Below, piece after piece: positions 62,226-64,000 of a stretch of DNA of 64,000 bases; position 1 is the first letter of the stretch; every line of letters starts with the position of its first letter. A program made the position numbers and the translations under genes. The notes beneath the pieces were generated by a model. The model saw only the letters and a list, made by a program, of their open reading frames with translations. It searched no databases and was not told the DNA's origin. The DNA lies in the NCBI GenBank assembly GCA_051013385.1, contig CP143273.1, forward strand, positions 608,001 through 672,000, given 5' to 3'. This DNA is from Phormidium sp. GTDB lineage: Bacteria; Cyanobacteriota; Cyanobacteriia; Cyanobacteriales; Aerosakkonemataceae.

Positions 62226-64000
62226 ATGGCTACCACCAAACCCAAATTAGAAGAAGAGCTAGAAAAAATAGCTGATGAGAACGATGACGATAAGGCTGAT
62301 GATAAAGCCGATGGCAAGAAAGGTTCATCATCAAAGCGCAAAATTAATATTCCAATCGGGCCTGTCCAAATATCTTTTGAATATCAAAAGAAATCTGATA
62401 AAAATAACAGAAACGTTATTGCTTATACAGAAATTGCCAAAGACAGCAAAAACCTCTCGCTAAACGTGGGCGATGCGATCGAAACTATGTCCACAGACAT
62501 TGCTAAATTGCTCCCAAAAGAGTTGAAGAGGCAGTCTATTGATTTTAAAAGACTGATAGTTATTTACAGCAAAGATAAAACTAAGAAAACGAGTAAATGG
62601 CTGTTCGCTTTCGATTTAGCCCTTGCTGACGAGTTTAAATTCAGCAATCTCCCCTTAGTCGGTGACATCCTTCAAGGACAGAACGGTGATGCAGCATTAG
62701 TTGCATCCCTGCGAATTGTCGCTACTTCCCAACTTTTTAACCTTAAAGAAGTTCGTTATTTCAACGCACTATTTCCCGAAGACCAAGAAGACTTAGACAA
62801 ACTACCAGATCCCGGTGAAGGCAAAGGCAAAGATGAGGATATAGCTATCCGCAAAGGCTTTAGCTTGTCAGGTAAATTTGACTTTGGCGAGATTAGTCAT
62901 GTCTTGAGTCTGCCCGTTAGTGCAGAAAGCGATGGGGGAGACATCCCAGCAGCGCCCAGCAAAGATGCAACTCCAGCCAGCAAAAATGGGATTCGGTTCA
63001 ATATTGAAAAATCGATCGGTGTTTTCACTCTCCAAAGTATTGGTTTCCAGTATGAAGAAGGAAGACTGGCGCTCCTTTTTAATGCTGCCTTGAAGTTATC
63101 TACTTTCACCCTAGATTGTCAGAATCTAGGGGTAAGAGTCCCGTTAAAAGACAAACTCAACCCACTCTTCAACCTAGATGGTATTGGCGTAGAGTATAAG
63201 AGCGACAACCTACACATAGCAGGCGCACTACTACGCAAGAAAAAAGAAAAGAATGGCATTGTTTATGAAGAATTTTTGGGTTTAGCCACCTTTAAATTAA
63301 AGCTATCAGGTAAAGGGGGTTTAAGTTTTGGTATAAGTGCTATTGGTTCCTACGCTAACTACAACGGTCAACCTGCTCTTTTCTTCTACGCCGTGCTCGA
63401 TATTCCCTTGGGAGGGCCGGGTTTCTTCTTCGTAACTGGATTTGCTCTAGGCTTAGGCTACAACCGCTATCTGAGAGTTCCGTCTGTTGATAAACTTACT
63501 GAATTCCCTCTGGTCGCTCAAGCTGTTGGTGGAATTAGCAAAAAAAATGCAAAAGATACCAGCGAACTAATTACTCAGCAACTGGAAGAACTGGATCAAT
63601 ATGTTACCTTATCGCCTGGATCGGGATTTATTGCTATTGGCATTAAGTTTACCTCTTATAAAATGGTGGACTGTTTTGCCTTGTTGACGATCGCACTCGG
63701 AGAAGATTTTGAGATTAATCTCCTGGGGATTGCCACAATGAAACTGCCCCCCATACCCACAGGAGAAAACTCAAAAATCCCCCCTGTTGCCGAGGTAACA
63801 ATGCTTCTTAGGGCTAAATTTTCCCTAAATGATGGGGTAATCGCCATTGAAGCCCAACTTGCTGCCAGTTCCTATATCCTGTCAAAAGATTGCTTCTTAA
63901 CTGGGGGCTTTGCCTTCTACACCTGGTTTAATGGCCCTTATGCCGGGGATTTTGTAATTACTTTAGGTGGCTACCATCCCGACTTCAAAAAACCTGACCA
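62226..64000 (+). CDS. DUF6603-like large beta-rich protein (runs off the window; absent from the ORF track)
   Basis: Frame from ATG 62226: FSNLPLVG ... IPLGGPGFFFVTGFALGLGYNR ... GDFVITLGGYHPDF; frame checked at several points, not codon by codon. Confidence 0.7.
   Translation, partial: MATTKPKLEEELEKIADENDDDKADDKADGKKGSSSKRKINIPIGPVQISFEYQKKSDKNNRNVIAYTEIAKDSKNLSLNVGDAIETMSTDIAKLLPKELKRQSIDFKRLIVIYSKDKTKKTSKWLFAFDLALADEFKFSNLPLVGDILQGQNGDAALVASLRIVATSQLFNLKEVRYFNALFPEDQEDLDKLPDPGEGKGKDEDIAIRKGFSLSGKFDFGEISHVLSLPVSAESDGGDIPAAPSKDATPASKNGIRFNIEKSIGVFTLQSIGFQYEEGRLALLFNAALKLSTFTLDCQNLGVRVPLKDKLNPLFNLDGIGVEYKSDNLHIAGALLRKKKEKNGIVYEEFLGLATFKLKLSGKGGLSFGISAIGSYANYNGQPALFFYAVLDIPLGGPGFFFVTGFALGLGYNRYLRVPSVDKLTEFPLVAQAVGGISKKNAKDTSELITQQLEELDQYVTLSPGSGFIAIGIKFTSYKMVDCFALLTIALGEDFEINLLGIATMKLPPIPTGENSKIPPVAEVTMLLRAKFSLNDGVIAIEAQLAASSYILSKDCFLTGGFAFYTWFNGPYAGDFVITLGGYHPDFKKPD

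Noticed and set aside
55577..63847. Antisense and nested short ORFs within the giant genes
   Set aside because: Shadow ORFs of long plus-strand genes, including the unlisted ORF starting at 62226

Overview
Cyanobacterial chromosomal window (frequent HIP1 GCGATCGC octamers; psb34 with an HLR1 box) dominated by a ~49 kb defence island. From left to right: (1) an NYN nuclease plus a complete prokaryotic ubiquitin-like conjugation module (Ubl, E2, JAB-E1 fusion); (2) a 2TM-SAVED effector; (3) a type III-B variant Cmr operon (HD-less cas10/cmr2, cmr3, a nonsense-disrupted PD-(D/E)xK gene, cmr4, cmr5, cmr6-cmr1 fusion; no cas6 seen); (4) TM-CARF and Csx1 effectors; (5) two very large convergent CRISPR arrays (~220 and ~115 repeats, estimated from span) with related 36-nt repeats and duplicated leaders, flanking a truncated VirD4-like operon, a Csx3-Csx3-ATPase, a WYL regulator and an HD hydrolase; (6) cas2, cas1 and a reverse transcriptase that is one frameshift at an A9 run away from an RT-Cas1 fusion. 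After the island come pseudogenes (WYL fragment, GFA, group II intron 3' remnant), small genes including psb34, and the start of a cluster of giant uncharacterised genes (LamG-insert protein, tail-fibre-like protein, DUF6603-like protein). Family assignments rest on motif recognition by eye; no searches were run.
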